Part shown: positions 40,501-55,500 of the stretch, piece after piece
Layout of the letters: each line of letters opens with the position of its first letter
How positions within the stretch are numbered: position 1 is the stretch's first letter
Assembly (NCBI RefSeq): GCF_009914755.1
Contig: NC_060939.1
Reading direction: 5' to 3' (one strand)
Source: the human T2T-CHM13v2.0 reference genome, Homo sapiens
DNA: 64,000 nucleotides
Translations under genes and position numbers: made by a program
Notes under the pieces: model-generated
The model's database searches: none
Seen by the model: the letters and a program-made list of their open reading frames with translations, nothing else
What the model was told of the DNA's origin: nothing

Positions 40501-43500
40501 TCTGCACTGATCACCTAGGTGATGTAACTCTTGTCTACCCTCTGTCCAACGGGGCATTGTGAAATGTCTCTGCACTGATCACCCAGGTGATACAACTCTT
40601 GACTAGAAACTGCCTGCAGAGGTTATTGTGAAATATCTCTGCACTGATAAACTAGGTGGTGTAACCCTTGTCCAAGCTCTGCCTACAGGGGCGTTTCCAC
40701 ATATCCCTGAACTGATGACAAAGGTGATGTAACTCTTGCCTAGGCTTTGCCTACAGGGAACATTGGACATATATCTGCACTGATCACCCAGGTGATGCAA
40801 CTCTTGCCTAGGCTTTGCCTACAGGGGACATTGTGACATAGCTCTTCAATGATCACTCACGTGATGCATCTCTTGCCTAGGCTTTGCCTACAGGGGACAT
40901 TGTGACATATCTCTGCACTGATCTCCCAGGTGCTGTAACTTTAGTCTAGGCTCTGGCTACACGGCATTGTGACATATCACTGCACTGATCAACCAGGTGA
41001 TATAACTCTTGTATAGGCTCTGCCTACAGGGGGATTGTGACCTACCTCTGCACTGATCACCCAGGTGATATAACTCTTCTCTAGGATCTGCCTACAGGGT
41101 ACTTTGTGACATATCCCTGCACTGATCACCCAGGTGATCTAACTCTGATCTAAGCTCTGCCTAAAGGGGCATTGTGACAGATCTCTGCACTGATCCCACT
41201 GGTGATGTAAGTATTGTCTAGGCTCTGCTTCAAGGGGCCTTGTCACATATCTCTGCACTGATCACCCAGGTGATGTAACTATTGTCTAGGCTCTGCTTCC
41301 AGGGCATATCGTGACATATGTATGCACTGATCACCTTAGTGATGTAACACTTTGGTAGGCTCGGCCTACAGGGGAATCTTGACATATCTCTGCACTGTTA
41401 ACCGAGGTGATTTAACACTTGTCTAGGCTGTGACCACAGGGGGATTGAGACATATCTCTGCACTGATCCCGAGGTGATACAACTCTTGCCTGGTCTCTGC
41501 CTACTGTGGACGTTGTGACAAATCTCTGCACTGATGTCCCAGGAGCTGTAACTTTAGTCTAGGCTCTGGCTACACGGCATTGTGACATATCACTGCACTG
41601 ATCACCCAGGCGATATAACTCTTCTCTAGGATCTGACCACAGGGTGCTTTGTGACATATCCCTGCAATGATCACCCAGGTGATATACCACTTGCCAAGGC
41701 TCTGCCTACAGGGGCATTGCAATGTATCTCTGCACTGATCACCTAGGTCTTGTAGCTATTTTCTAGGATCTGCCTACAGGGTGCTTTGTGACGTGTCCCA
41801 GCAAGGATTACCCAGGTGATGTACCTCTCATCAAGGCTCTGCCTACAGGCACATTGTGATGTATCTCTGCACTGATCACCTAGGTCATGTAACTTTTTTC
41901 TAGGCTCTACCTACGATGGCATTGTGAAATATCTCTGTACTAATTATCCAAGTGATGTAACTCTTGTCTAGGATGTGCCTAAATTAACTTTTTGACATAA
42001 CCCTGTACTGATCATCCAGGTGATGGAGCTTTTGTCTAGGCTCTGCCTAAGGGGGCATTGTGACATATTTCTGCATTGATCACCCAGGTGGCGAACTCTT
42101 CTCTCGGATCTGCCTTTGGGGGCATTGTGAGAAATCTCTGCACTGATCACCCAGTTGATGTAACTGTTGTGTAACCTCTGCCTACAGGGGAATTGTGAGA
42201 GATCTCGTCACTCATTACCCAAGTGATGTAACCATTTTCTAGGCTTTGCGTACAGGGGGCTTTGTGACATACCTTTGCACTGATCACCCAGGTGATGTAA
42301 CACATCTAATTTCGGCCTAAAGGAGCTTTGTGACATATCTCTGCACTGATCACTTAGGTGATGTAACACTTTTATAATCACTGCCTACAGGGAATTTTGA
42401 CAAATCTCTGCACTGATCACCTAGGTGATGTAACTCTTGTCTACCCTCTGTCCAACGGGGCATTGTGAAATGTCTCTGCACTGAACACCCAGGTGATTCA
42501 ACTCTTGACTAGGAACGGCCTACAGAGGTTATTGTGAAATATCTCTGCACTGATAAACTAGGTGGTGTAACCCTTGTCCAAGCTCTGCCTACAGGGGCGT
42601 TTCCACATATCCCTGAACTGATGACAAAGGTGATGTAACTCTTGCCTAGGCTTTGTCTACAGGGAACATTGGACATATATCTGCACTGATCACCCAGGTG
42701 ATGCAACTCTTGCCTAGGCTTTGCCTACAGGGGACATTGTGACATATCTCTTCAATGATCACTCATGTGATGCATCTCTTGCCTAGGCTTTGCCTACAGG
42801 GACATTGTGACATATCTCTGCACTGATCTCCCAGGTGCTGTAACTTTAGTCTAGGCTCTGGCTACACGGCATTGTGACATATCACTGCACTGATCAACCA
42901 GGTGATATGACTCTTGTATAGGCTCTGCCTACAGGGGGATTGTGACCTACCTCTGTACTGATCACCCAGGTGATATAACTCTTCTCTAGGATCTGCCTAC
43001 AAGGTAATTTGTGACACATCCCTGCACTGATCACCCAGGTGATCTAACTCTGGTCTAAGCTCTGCCTAAAGGGGCATTGTGACAGATCTCTGCACTGATC
43101 AGTCTGGTGATGTAAGTATTGTCTAGGCTCTGCTTCAAGGGGCCTTGTCACATATCTCTGCACTGATCACCCAGGTGATGTAACTCTTGTCTAGGCTCTG
43201 CTTCCAGGGCATATTGTGATATATCTATGCACTGATCACCTCAGTGATGTAACACTTTGGTAGGCTCGGCTTACAGGGGAATCTTGACATATCTCTGCAC
43301 TGTTAACCGAGGTGATTTAACTCTTGTCTAGGCTGTGCCCACAGGGGGATTGAGACATATCTCTGCACTGATCCCGAGGTGATACAACTCTTGCCTGGTC
43401 TCTGCCTAGTGTGGACATTGTGACATATCTCTGAACTGATCTCCCAGGTGCTGTAACTTTAGTCTGGGCTCCGGCTACACGGCATTGTGTCATATCACTG

Positions 43501-46500
43501 CACTGATCACCCAGGCGATATAACTCTTCTCTAGGATCTGACCACAGGGTGCTTTGTGACATATCCCTGCAATGATCACCCAGGTGATATACCACTTGCC
43601 AAGGCTCTGCCTACAGGGGCATTGCAATGTATCTCTGCACTGATCACCTAGGTCTTATAGCTCTTTTCTAGGATCTGCATACAGGGTGCTTTGTGACGTG
43701 TCCCAGCAAGGATTACCTAGGTGATGTACCTCTCATCAAGGCTCTGCCTACAGGCACATTGTGATGTATCTCTGCACTGATCACCTCGGTCATGTAACTT
43801 TTTTCCAAGCTCTACCTACGATGGCATTGTGACATATCTCTGCACTAATCATCCAAGTGATGTAACACTTGTCTAGGATGTGCCTAAATTAACTTTTTGA
43901 CATAAACCTGTACTGATCATCCAGGTGATGGAGCTTTTGTCTAGGCTCTGCCTAAGGGGGCATTGTGACATATTTCTGCATTGATCACCCAGGTGGCGAA
44001 CTCTTCTCTCGGATCTGCCTATGGGGGCATTGTGAGAAATCTCTGCACTGATCACCCAGGTGATGTAACTGTTGTGTAACCTCTGCCTACAGGGGAATTG
44101 TGAGAGATCTCGTCACTGATTATCCAAGTGATGTAACCATTGTCTAGGCTTTGCGTACAGGGGGCTTTGTGACATACCTTTGCACTGATCACCCAGGTGA
44201 TGTAACACATCTAAGTTCGGCCTAAAGGAGCTTTGTGACATATCTCTGCACTGATCACTTAGGTGATGTAACACTTTTATAATCACTGCCTACAGGGAAT
44301 TTTGACAAATCTCTGCACTGATCACCTAGGTGATGTCACTCTTGTCTACCCTCTGTCCAACGGGGCATTGTGAAATGTCTCTGCACTGATCACCCAGGTG
44401 ATTCAACTCTTGACTAGGAACTGCCTACAGAGGTTATTGTGAAATATCTCTGCAATGATAAACTAGGTGGTGTAACCATTGTCCAAGCTCTGCCTACAGG
44501 GGCGTTTCCACATATCCCTGAACTGATGACAAAGGTGATGTAACTCTTGCCTAGGCTTTGCCTACAGGGAACATTGGACATATATCTGCACTGATCACCC
44601 AGGTGATGCAACTCTTGCCTAGGCTTTGCCTACAGGGGACATTGTGACATATCTCTTCAATGATCACTCATGTGATGCATCTCTTGCCTAGGCTTTGCCT
44701 ACAGGGGACATTGTGACATATCTCTGCACTGATCTCCAGGTGCTGTAACTTTAGTCTAGGCTCTGGCTACATGGCATTGTGACATATCACTGCACTGATC
44801 AACCAGGTGATATAACTCTTGTATAGGCTCTGCCTACAGGGGGATTGTGACCTGCTTCTGCACTGATCACCCAGGTGACATAACTCTTCTCTAAGATCTG
44901 CCTACAGGGTACTTTGTGACACATCCCTGCACTGATCACCCAGGTGATCTAACTCTGGTCTAAGCTCTGCCTAAAGGGGCATTGTGACAGAACTCTGCAC
45001 TGATCAGTCTGGTGATGTAAGTATTTTCTAGGCTCTGCTTCAAGGGGCCTTGTCACATATCTCTGCACTGATCACCCAGGTGATGTAACTCTTGTCTAGG
45101 CTCTGCTTCCAGGTCATATCGTGACATATGTATGCACTGATCACCTTAGTGATGTAACACTTTGGTAGGCTCGGCCTACAGGGGAATCTTGACATATCTC
45201 TGCACTGTTAACCGAGGTGATTTAACACTTGTCTAGGCTGTGACCACAGGGGGATTGAGACATATCTCTGCACTGATCCCGAGGTGATACAACTCTTGCC
45301 TGGTCTCTGCCTACTGTGGACGTTGTGACAAATCTCTGCACTGATGTCCCAGGAGCTGTAACTTTAGTCTAGGCTCTGGCTACACGGCATTGTGACATAT
45401 CACTGCACTGATCACCCAGGCGATATAACTCTTCTCTAGGATCTGACCACAGGGTGCTTTGTGACATATCCCTGCAATGATCACCCAGGTGATATACCAC
45501 TTGCCAAGGCTCTGCCTACAGGGGCATTGCAATGTATCTCTGCACTGATCACCTAGGTCTTGTAGCTATTTTCTAGGATCTGCCTACAGGGTGCTTTGTG
45601 ACGTGTCCCAGCAAGGATTACCCAGGTGATGTACCTCTCATCAAGGCTCTGCCTACAGGCACATTGTGATGTATCTCTGCACTGATCACCTAGGTCATGT
45701 AACTTTTTTCTAGGCTCTACCTACGATGGCATTGTGAAATATCTCTGCACTAATTATCCAAGTGATGTAACTCTTGTCTAGGATGTGCCTAAATTAACTT
45801 TTTGACATAACCCTGTACTGATCATCCAGGTGATGGAGCTTTTGTCTAGGCTCTGCCTAAGGGGGCATTGTGACATATTTCTGCATTGATCACCCAGGTG
45901 GCGAGCTCTTCTCTCGGATCTGCCTATGGGGGCATTGTGAGAAATCTCTGCACTGATCACCCAGGTGATGTAACTGTTGTGTAACCTCTGCCTACAGGGG
46001 AATTGTGAGAGATCTCGTCACTCATTACCCAAGTGATGTAACCATTGTCTAGGCTTTGCGTACAGGGGGCTTTGTGACATACCTTTGCACTGATCACCCA
46101 GGTGATGTAACACATCTAAGTTCGGCCTAAAGGAGCTTTGTGACATATCTCTGCACTGATCGCTTAGGTGATGTAACACTTTTATAATCACTGCCTACAG
46201 GGAATTTTGACAAATCTCTGCACTGATCACCTAGGTGATGTCACTCTTGTCTACCCTCTGTCCAACGGGGCATTGTGAAATGTCTCTGCACTGATCACCC
46301 AGGTGATTCAACTCTTGACTAGGAACTGCCTACAGAGGTTATTGTGAAATATCTCTGCAATGATAAACTACGTGGTGTAACCATTGTCCAAGCTCTGCCT
46401 ACAGGGGCGTTTCCACATATCCCTGAACTGATGACAAAGGTGATGTAACTCTTGCCTAGGCTTTGCCTACAGGGAACATTGGACATATATCTGCACTGAT

Positions 46501-49500
46501 CACCCAGGTGATGCAACTCTTGCCTAGGCTTTGCCTACAGGGGACATTGTGACATATCTCTTCAATGATCACTCATGTGATGCATCTCTTACCTAGGCTT
46601 TGCCTACAGGGAACATTGTGACATATCTCTGCACTGATCTCCCAGGTGCTGTAACTTTAGTCTAGGCTCTGGCTACACGGCATTGTGACATATCACTGCA
46701 CTGATCAACCAGGTGATATAACTCTTGTATAGGCTCTGCCTACAGGGGGATTGTGACCTACCTCTGCACTGATCACCCAGGTGACATAACTCTTCTCTAG
46801 GATCTGCCTACAGGGTACTTTGTGACATATCCCTGCACTGATCACCCTGGTGATCTAACTCTGGTCTAAGCTCTGCCTAAAGGGGCATTGTGACAGATCT
46901 CTGCTCTGATCACTCTGGTGATGTAAGTATTGTCTATGCTCTGCTTCAAGGGGCCTTGTCACATATCTCTGCACTGATCACCCAGGTGATGTAACTCTTC
47001 TCTAGGCTCTGCTTCCAGGGCATATTGTGACATATCTACGCACTGATCACCTTAGTGATGTAACACTTTGGTAGGCTCGGCCTACAGGGGAATCTTGACA
47101 TATCTCTGCACTGTTAACCGAGGTGATTTAACTCTTGTCTAGGCTCTGCCCACAGGGGGATTGAGACATATCTCTGCACTGATCCCGAGGTGATACAACT
47201 CTTGCCTGGTCTCTGCCTACTGTGGACATTGTGACATATCTCTGCACTGATGTCCCATGTGCTGTAACTTTAGTCTAGGCTCTGGCTACATGGCATTGTG
47301 ACATATCACTGCACTGATCAACCAGGTGATATAACTCTTGTATAGACTCTGCCTACAGGGGGATTGTGACCTACCTCTGCACTGATCACCCAGGTGATAT
47401 AACTCTTCTCTAGGATCTGCCTACAGGGTACTTTGTGACACATCCCTGCACTGATCACCCAGGTGATCTAACTCTGGTCTAAGCTCTGCCTAAAGGGGCA
47501 TTGTGACAGATCTCTGCACTGATCAGTCTGGTGATGTAAGTATTGTCTAGGCTCTGCTTCAAGGGGCCTTGTCACATATCTCTGCACTGATCACCCAGGT
47601 GATGTAACTCTTGTCTAGGCTCTGCTTCCAGGGCATATTGTGATATATCTATGCACTGATCACCTTAGTGATGTAACACTTTGGTAAGCTCGGCCTACAG
47701 GGGAATCTTGACATATCTCTGCACTGTTAACCGAGGTGATTTAACTCTTGACTAGGCTGTGCCCACAGGGGGATTGAGACATATCTCTGCACTGATCCCG
47801 AGGTGATACAACTCTTGCCTGGTCTCTGCCTAGTGTGGACATTGTGACATATCTCTGAACTGATCTCCCAGGTGCTGTAACTTTAGTCTGGGCTCCGGCT
47901 ACACGGCATTGTGACATATCACTGCACTGATCACCCAGGCGATATAACTCTTCTCTAGGATCTGACCACAGGGTGCTTTGTGACATATCCCTGCAATGAT
48001 CACCCAGGTGATATACCACTTGCCAAGGCTCTGCCTACAGGGGCATTGCAATGTATCTCTGCACTGATCACCTAGGTCTTGTAGCTCTTTTCTAGGATCT
48101 GCCTACAGGGTGCTTTGTGACGTGTCCCAGCAAGGATTACCCAGGTGATGTACCTCTCATCAAGGCTCTGCCTACAGGCACATTGTGATGTATCTCTGCA
48201 CTGATCACCTCGGTCATGTAACTTTTTTCTAGGCTCTACCTATGATGGCATTGTGACATATCTCTGCACTAATCATCCAAGTGATGTAACTCTTGTCTAG
48301 GATGTGCCTAAATTAACTTTTTGACATAACCCTGTACTGATCATCCAGGTGATGGAGCTTTTGTCTAGGCTCTGCCTAAAGGGGCATTGTGACATATTTC
48401 TGCATTGATCACCCAGGTGGCGAAGTCTTCTCTCGGATCTGTCTATGGGGGCATTGTGAGAAATCTCTGCACTGATCACCCAGGTGATGTAACTGTTGTG
48501 TAACCTCTGCCTACAGGGGAATTGTGAGAGATCTCGTCACTGATTACCCAAGTGATGTAACCATTGTCTAGGCTTTGCGTACAGGGGGCTTTGTGACATA
48601 CCTTTGCACTGATCACCCAGGTGATGTAACACATCTAAGTTCGGCCTAAAGGAGCTTTGTGACATATCTCTGCACTGATCACTTAGGTGATGTAACACTT
48701 TCATAATCACTGCCTACAGGGAATTTTGACAAATCTCTGCACTGATCACCTAGGTGATGTAACTCTTGTCTACCCTCTGTCCAACGGGGCATTGTGAAAT
48801 GTCTCTGCACTGATCACCCAGGTGATACAACTCTTGACTAGAAACTGCCTGCAGAGGTTATTGTGAAATATCTCTGCACTGATAAACTAGGTGGTGTAAC
48901 CCTTGTCCAAGCTCTGCCTACAGGGGCGTTTCCACATATCCCTGAACTGATGACAAAGGTGATGTAACTCTTGCCTAGGCTTTGCCTACAGGGAACATTG
49001 GACATATATCTGCACTGATCACCCAGGTGATGCAACTCTTGCCTAGGCTTTGCCTACAGGGGACATTGTGACATATCTCTTCAATGATCACTCACGTGAT
49101 GCATCTCTTGCCTAGGCTTTGCCTACAGGGGACATTGTGACATATCTCTGCACTGATCTCCCACGTGCTGTAACTTTAGTCTAGGCTCTGGCTACACGGC
49201 ATTGGGACATATCACTGCACTGATCAACCAGGTGATATAACTCTTGTATAGGCTCTGCCTACAGGGGTATTGTGACCTACCTCTGCACTGATCACTCAGG
49301 TGATATAACTCTTCTCTAGGATCTGCCTACAGGGTACTTTGTGACATATCCCTGCACTGATCACCCAGGTGATCTAACTCTGATCTAAGCTCTGCCTAAA
49401 GGGGCATTGTGACAGATCTCTGCACTGATCCCTCTGGTGATGTAAGTATTGTCTAGGCTCTGCTTCAAGGGGCCTTGTCACATATCTCTGCACTGATCAC

Positions 49501-52500
49501 CCAGGTGATGTAACTCTTGTCTAGGCTCTGCTTCCAGGGCATATCGTGACATATGTATGCACTGATCACCTTAGTGATGTAACACTTTGGTAGGCTCGGC
49601 CTACAGGGGAATCTTGACATATCTCTGCACTGTTAACCGAGGTGATTTAACACTTGTCTAGGCTGTGACCACAGGGGGATTGAGACATATCTCTGCACTG
49701 ATCCCGAGGTGATACAACTCTTGCCTGGTCTCTGCCTACTGTGGACGTTGTGACAAATCTCTGCACTGATGTCCCAGGAGCTGTAACTTTAGTCTAGGCT
49801 CTGGCTACACGGCATTGTGACATATCACTGCACTGATCACCCAGGCGATATAACTCTTCTCTAGGATCTGACCACAGGGTGCTTTGTGACATATCCCTGC
49901 AATGATCACCCAGGTGATATACCACTTGCCAAGGCTCTGCCTACAGGGGCATTGCAATGTATCTCTGCACTGATCACCTAGGTCTTGTAGCTATTTTCTA
50001 GGATCTGCCTACAGGGTGCTTTGTGACGTGTCCCAGCAAGGATTACCCAGGTGATGTACCTCTCATCAAGGCTCTGCCTACAGGCACATTGTGATGTATC
50101 TCTGCACTGATCACCTAGGTCATGTAACTTTTTTCTAGGCTCTACCTACGATGGCATTGTGAAATATCTCTGCACTAATTATCCAAGTGATGTAACTCTT
50201 GTCTAGGATGTGCCTAAAGTAACTTTTTGACATAACCCTGTACTGATCATCCAGGTGATGGAGCTTTTGTCTAGGCTCTGCCTAAGGGGGCATTGTGACA
50301 TATTTCTGCATTGATCACCCAGGTGGCGAGCTCTTCTCTCGGATCTGCCTATGGGGGCATTGTGAGAAATCTCTGCACTGATCACCCAGGTGATGTAACT
50401 GTTGTGTAACCTCTGCCTACAGGGGAATTGTGAGAGATCTCGTCACTCATTACCCAAGTGATGTAACCATTGTCTAGGCTTTGCGTACAGGGGGCTTTGT
50501 GACATACCTTTGCACTGATCACCCAGGTGATGTAACACATCTAAGTTCGGCCTAAAGGAGCTTTGTGACATATCTCTGCACTGATCACTTAGGTGATGTA
50601 ACACTTTTATAATCACTGCCTACAGGGAATTTTGACAAATCTCTGCACTCATCACCTAGGTGATGTAACTCTTGTCTACCCTCTGTCCAACGGGGCATTG
50701 TGAAATGTCTCTGCACTGATCACCCAGGTGATTCAACTCTTGACTAGGAACGGCCTACAGAGGTTATTGTGAAATATCTCTGCACTGATAAACTAGGTGG
50801 TGTAACCCTTGTCCAAGCTCTGCCTACAGGGGCGTTTCCACATATCCCTGAACTGATGACAAAGGTGATGTAACTCTTGCCTAGGCTTTGTCTACAGGGA
50901 ACATTGGACATATATCTGCACTGATCACCCAGGTGATGCAACTCTTGCCTAGGCTTTGCCTACAGGGGACATTGTGACATATCTCTTCAATGATCACTCA
51001 TTTGATGCATCTCTTGCCTAGGCTTTGCCTACAGGGACATTGTGACATATCTCTGCACTGATCTCCCAGGTGCTGTAACTTTAGTCTAGGCTCTGGCTAC
51101 ACGGCATTGTGACATATCACTGCACTGATCAACCAGGTGATATGACTCTTGTATAGGCTCTGCCTACAGGGGGATTGTGACCTACCTCTGCACTGATCAC
51201 CCAGGTGATATAACTCTTCTCTAGGATCTGCCTACAAGGTAATTTGTGACACATCCCTGCACTGATCACCCAGGTGATCTAACTCTGGTCTAAGCTCTGC
51301 CTAAAGGGGCATTGTGACAGATCTCTGCACTGATCAGTCTGGTGATGTAAGTATTGTCTAGGCTCTGCTTCAAGGGGCCTTGTCACATATCTCTGCACTG
51401 ATCACCCAGGTGATGTAACTCTTGTCTAGGCTCTGCTTCCAGGGCATATTGTGATATATCTATGCACTGATCACCTCAGTGATGTAACACTTTGGTAGGC
51501 TCGGCTTACAGGGGAATCTTGACATATCTCTGCACTGTTAACCGAGGTGATTTAACTCTTGTCTAGGCTGTGCCCACAGGGGGATTGAGACATATCTCTG
51601 CACTGATCCCGAGGTGATACAACTCTTGCCTGGTCTCTGCCTAGTGTGGACATTGTGACATATCTCTGAACTGATCTCCCAGGTGCTGTAACTTTAGTCT
51701 GGGCTCCGGCTACACGGCATTGTGACATATCACTGCACTGATCACCCAGGCGATATAACTCTTCTCTGGGATCTGACCACAGGGTGCTTTGTGACATATC
51801 CCTGCAATGATCACCCAGGTGATATACCACTTGCCAAGGCTCTGCCTACAGGGGCATTGCAATGTATCTCTGCACTGATCACCTAGGTCTTGTAGCTCTT
51901 TTCTAGGATCTGCATACAGGGTGCTTTGTGACGTGTCCCAGCAAGGATTACCCAGGTGATGTACCTCTCATCAAGGCTCTGCCTACAGGCACATTGTGAT
52001 GTATCTCTGCACTGATCACCTCGGTCATGTAACTTTTTTCCAAGCTCTACCTACGATGGCATTGTGACATATCTCTGCACTAATCATCCAAGTGATGTAA
52101 CACTTGTCTAGGATGTGCCTAAATTAACTTTTTGACATAAACCTGTACTGATCATCCAGGTGATGGAGCTTTTGTCTAGGCTCTGCCTAAGGGGGCATTG
52201 TGACATATTTCTGCATTGATCACCCAGGTGGCGAACTCTTCTCTCGGATCTGCCTATGGGGGCATTGTGAGAAATCTCTGCACTGATCACCCAGGTGATG
52301 TAACTGTTGTGTAACCTCTGCCTACAGGGGAATTGTGAGAGATCTCGTCACTGATTACCCAAGTGATGTAACCATTGTCTAGGCTTTGCGTACAGGGGGC
52401 TTTGTGACATACCTTTGCACTGATCACCCAGGTGATGTAACACATCTAAGTTCGGCCTAAAGGAGCTTTGTGACATATCTCTGCACTGATCACTTAGGTG

Positions 52501-55500
52501 ATGTAACACTTTTATAATCACTGCCTACAGGGAATTTTGACAAATCTCTGCACTGATCACCTAGGTGATGTCACTCTTGTCTACCCTCTGTCCAACGGGG
52601 CATTGTGAAATGTCTCTGCACTGATCACCCAGGTGATTCAACTCTTGACTAGGAACTGCCTACAGAGGTTATTGTGAAATATCTCTGCAATGATAAACTA
52701 GGTGGTGTAACCATTGTCCAAGCTCTGCCTACAGGGGCGTTTCCACATATCCCTGAACTGATGACAAAGTTGATGTAACTCTTGCCTAGGCTTTGCCTAC
52801 AGGGAACATTGGACATATATCTGCACTGATCACCCAGGTGATGCAACTCTTGCCTAGGCTTTGCCTACAGGGGACATTGTGACATATCTCTTCAATGATC
52901 ACTCATGTGATGCATCTCTTGCCTAGGCTTTGCCTACAGGGGACATTGTGACATATCTCTGCACTGATCTCCAGGTGCTGTAACTTTAGTCTAGGCTCTG
53001 GCTACATGGCATTGTGACATATCACTGCACTGATCAACCAGGTGATATAACTCTTGTATAGGCTCTGCCTACAGGGGGATTGTGACCTGCTTCTGTACTG
53101 ATCACCCAGGTGACATAACTCTTCTCTAGGATCTGCCTACAGGGTACTTTGTGACATATCCCTGCACTGATCACCCAGGTGATCTAACTCTGGTCTAAGC
53201 TCTGCCTAAAGGGGCATTGTGACAGATCTCTGCACTGATCACTCTGGTGATGTAAGTATTGTCTATGCTCTGCTTCAAGGGGCCTTGTCACATATCTCTG
53301 CACTGATCACCCAGGTGATGTAACTCTTCTCTAGGCTCTGCTTCCAGGGCATATTGTGACATATCTATGCACTGATCACCTTAGTGATGTAACACTTTGG
53401 TAGGCTCGGCCTACAGTGGAATCTTGACATATCTCTGCACTGTTAACCGAGGTGATTTAACTCTTGTCTAGGCTCTGCCCACAGGGGGATTGAGACATAT
53501 CTCTGCACTGATCCCGAGGTGATACAACTCTTGCCTGGTCTCTGCCTACTGTGGACATTGTGACATATCTCTGCACTGATGTCCCATGTGCTGTAACTTT
53601 AGTATAGGCTCTGGCTACATGGCATTGTGACATATCACTGCACTGATCAACCAGGTGATATAACTCTTGTATAGACTCTGCCTACAGGGGGATTGTGACC
53701 TACCTCTGCACTGATCACCCAGGTGATATAACTCTTCTCTAGGATCTGCCTACAGGGTACTTTGTGACACATCCCTGCACTGATCACCCAGGTGATCTAA
53801 CTCTGGTCTAAGCTCTGCCTAAAGGGGCATTGTGACAGATCTCTGCACTGATCAGTCTGGTGATGTAAGTATTGTCTAGGCTCTGCTTCAAGGGGCCTTG
53901 TCACATATCTCTGCACTGATCACCCAGGTGATGTAACTCTTGTCTAGGCTCTGCTTCCAGGGCATATTGTGATATATCTATGCACTGATCACCTTAGTGA
54001 TGTAACACTTTGGTAGGCTCGGCCTACAGGGGAATCTTGACATATCTCTGCACTGTTAACCGAGGTGATTTAACTCTTGACTAGGCTGTGCCCACAGGGG
54101 GATTGAGACATATCTCTGCACTGATCCCGAGGTGATACAACTCTTGCCTGGTCTCTGCCTAGTGTGGACATTGTGACATATCTCTGAACTGATTTCCCAG
54201 GTGCTGTAACTTTAGTCTGGGCTCCGGCTACACGGCATTGTGACATATCACTGCACTGATCACCCAGGCGATATAACTCTTCTCTAGGATCTGACCACAG
54301 GGTGCTTTGTGACATATCCCTGCAATGATCACCCAGGTGATATACCACTTGCCAAGGCTCTGCCTACAGGGGCATTGCAATGTATCTCTGCACTGATCAC
54401 CTAGGTCTTGTAGCTCTTTTCTAGGATCTGCCTACAGGGTGCTTTGTGACGTGTCCCAGCAAGGATTACCCAGGTGATGTACCTCTCATCAAGGCTCTGC
54501 CTACAGGCACATTGTGATGTATCTCTGCACTGATCACCTCGGTCATGTAACTTTTTTCTAGGCTCTACCTACGATGGCATTGTGACATATCTCTGCACTA
54601 ATCATCCAAGTGATGTAACTCTTGTCTAGGATGTGCCTAAATTAACTTTTTGACATAACCCTGTACTGATCATCCAGGTGATGGAGCTTTTGTCTAGGCT
54701 CTGCCTAAGGGGGCATTGTGACATATTTCTGCATTGATCACCCAGGTGGCGAACTCTTCTCTCGGATCTGCCTATGGGGGCATTGTGAGAAATCTCTGCA
54801 CTGATCACCCAGGTGATGTAACTGTTGTGTAACCTCTGCCTACAGGGGAATTGTGAGAGATCTCGTCACTGATTACCCAAGTGATGTAACCATTGTCTAG
54901 GCTTTGCGTACAGGGGGCTTTGTGACATACCTTTGCACTGATCACCCAGGTGATGTAACACATCTAAGTTCGTCCTAAAGGAGCTTTGTGACATATCTCT
55001 GCACTGATCACTTAGGTGATGTAACACTTTTATAATCACTGCCTACAGGGAATTTTGACAAATCTCTGCACTGATCACCTAGGTGATGTCACTCTTGTCT
55101 ACCCTCTGTCCAACGGGGCATTGTGAAATGTCTCTGCACTGATCACCCAGGTGATTCAACTCTTGACTAGGAACTGCCTACAGAGGTTATTGTGAAATAT
55201 CTCTGCACTGATAAACTAGGTGGTGTAACCATTGTCCAAGCTCTGCCTACAGGGGCGTTTCCACATATCCCTGAACTGATGACAAAGGTGATGTAACTCT
55301 TGCCTAGGCTTTGCCTACAGGGAACATTGGACATATATCTGCACTGATCACCCAGGTGATGCAACTCTTGCCTAGGCTTTGCCTACAGGGGACATTGTGA
55401 CATATCTCTTCAATGATCACTCATGTGATGCATCTCTTACCTAGGCTTTGCCTACAGGGGACATTGTGACATATCTCTGCACTGATCTCCCAGGTGCTGT

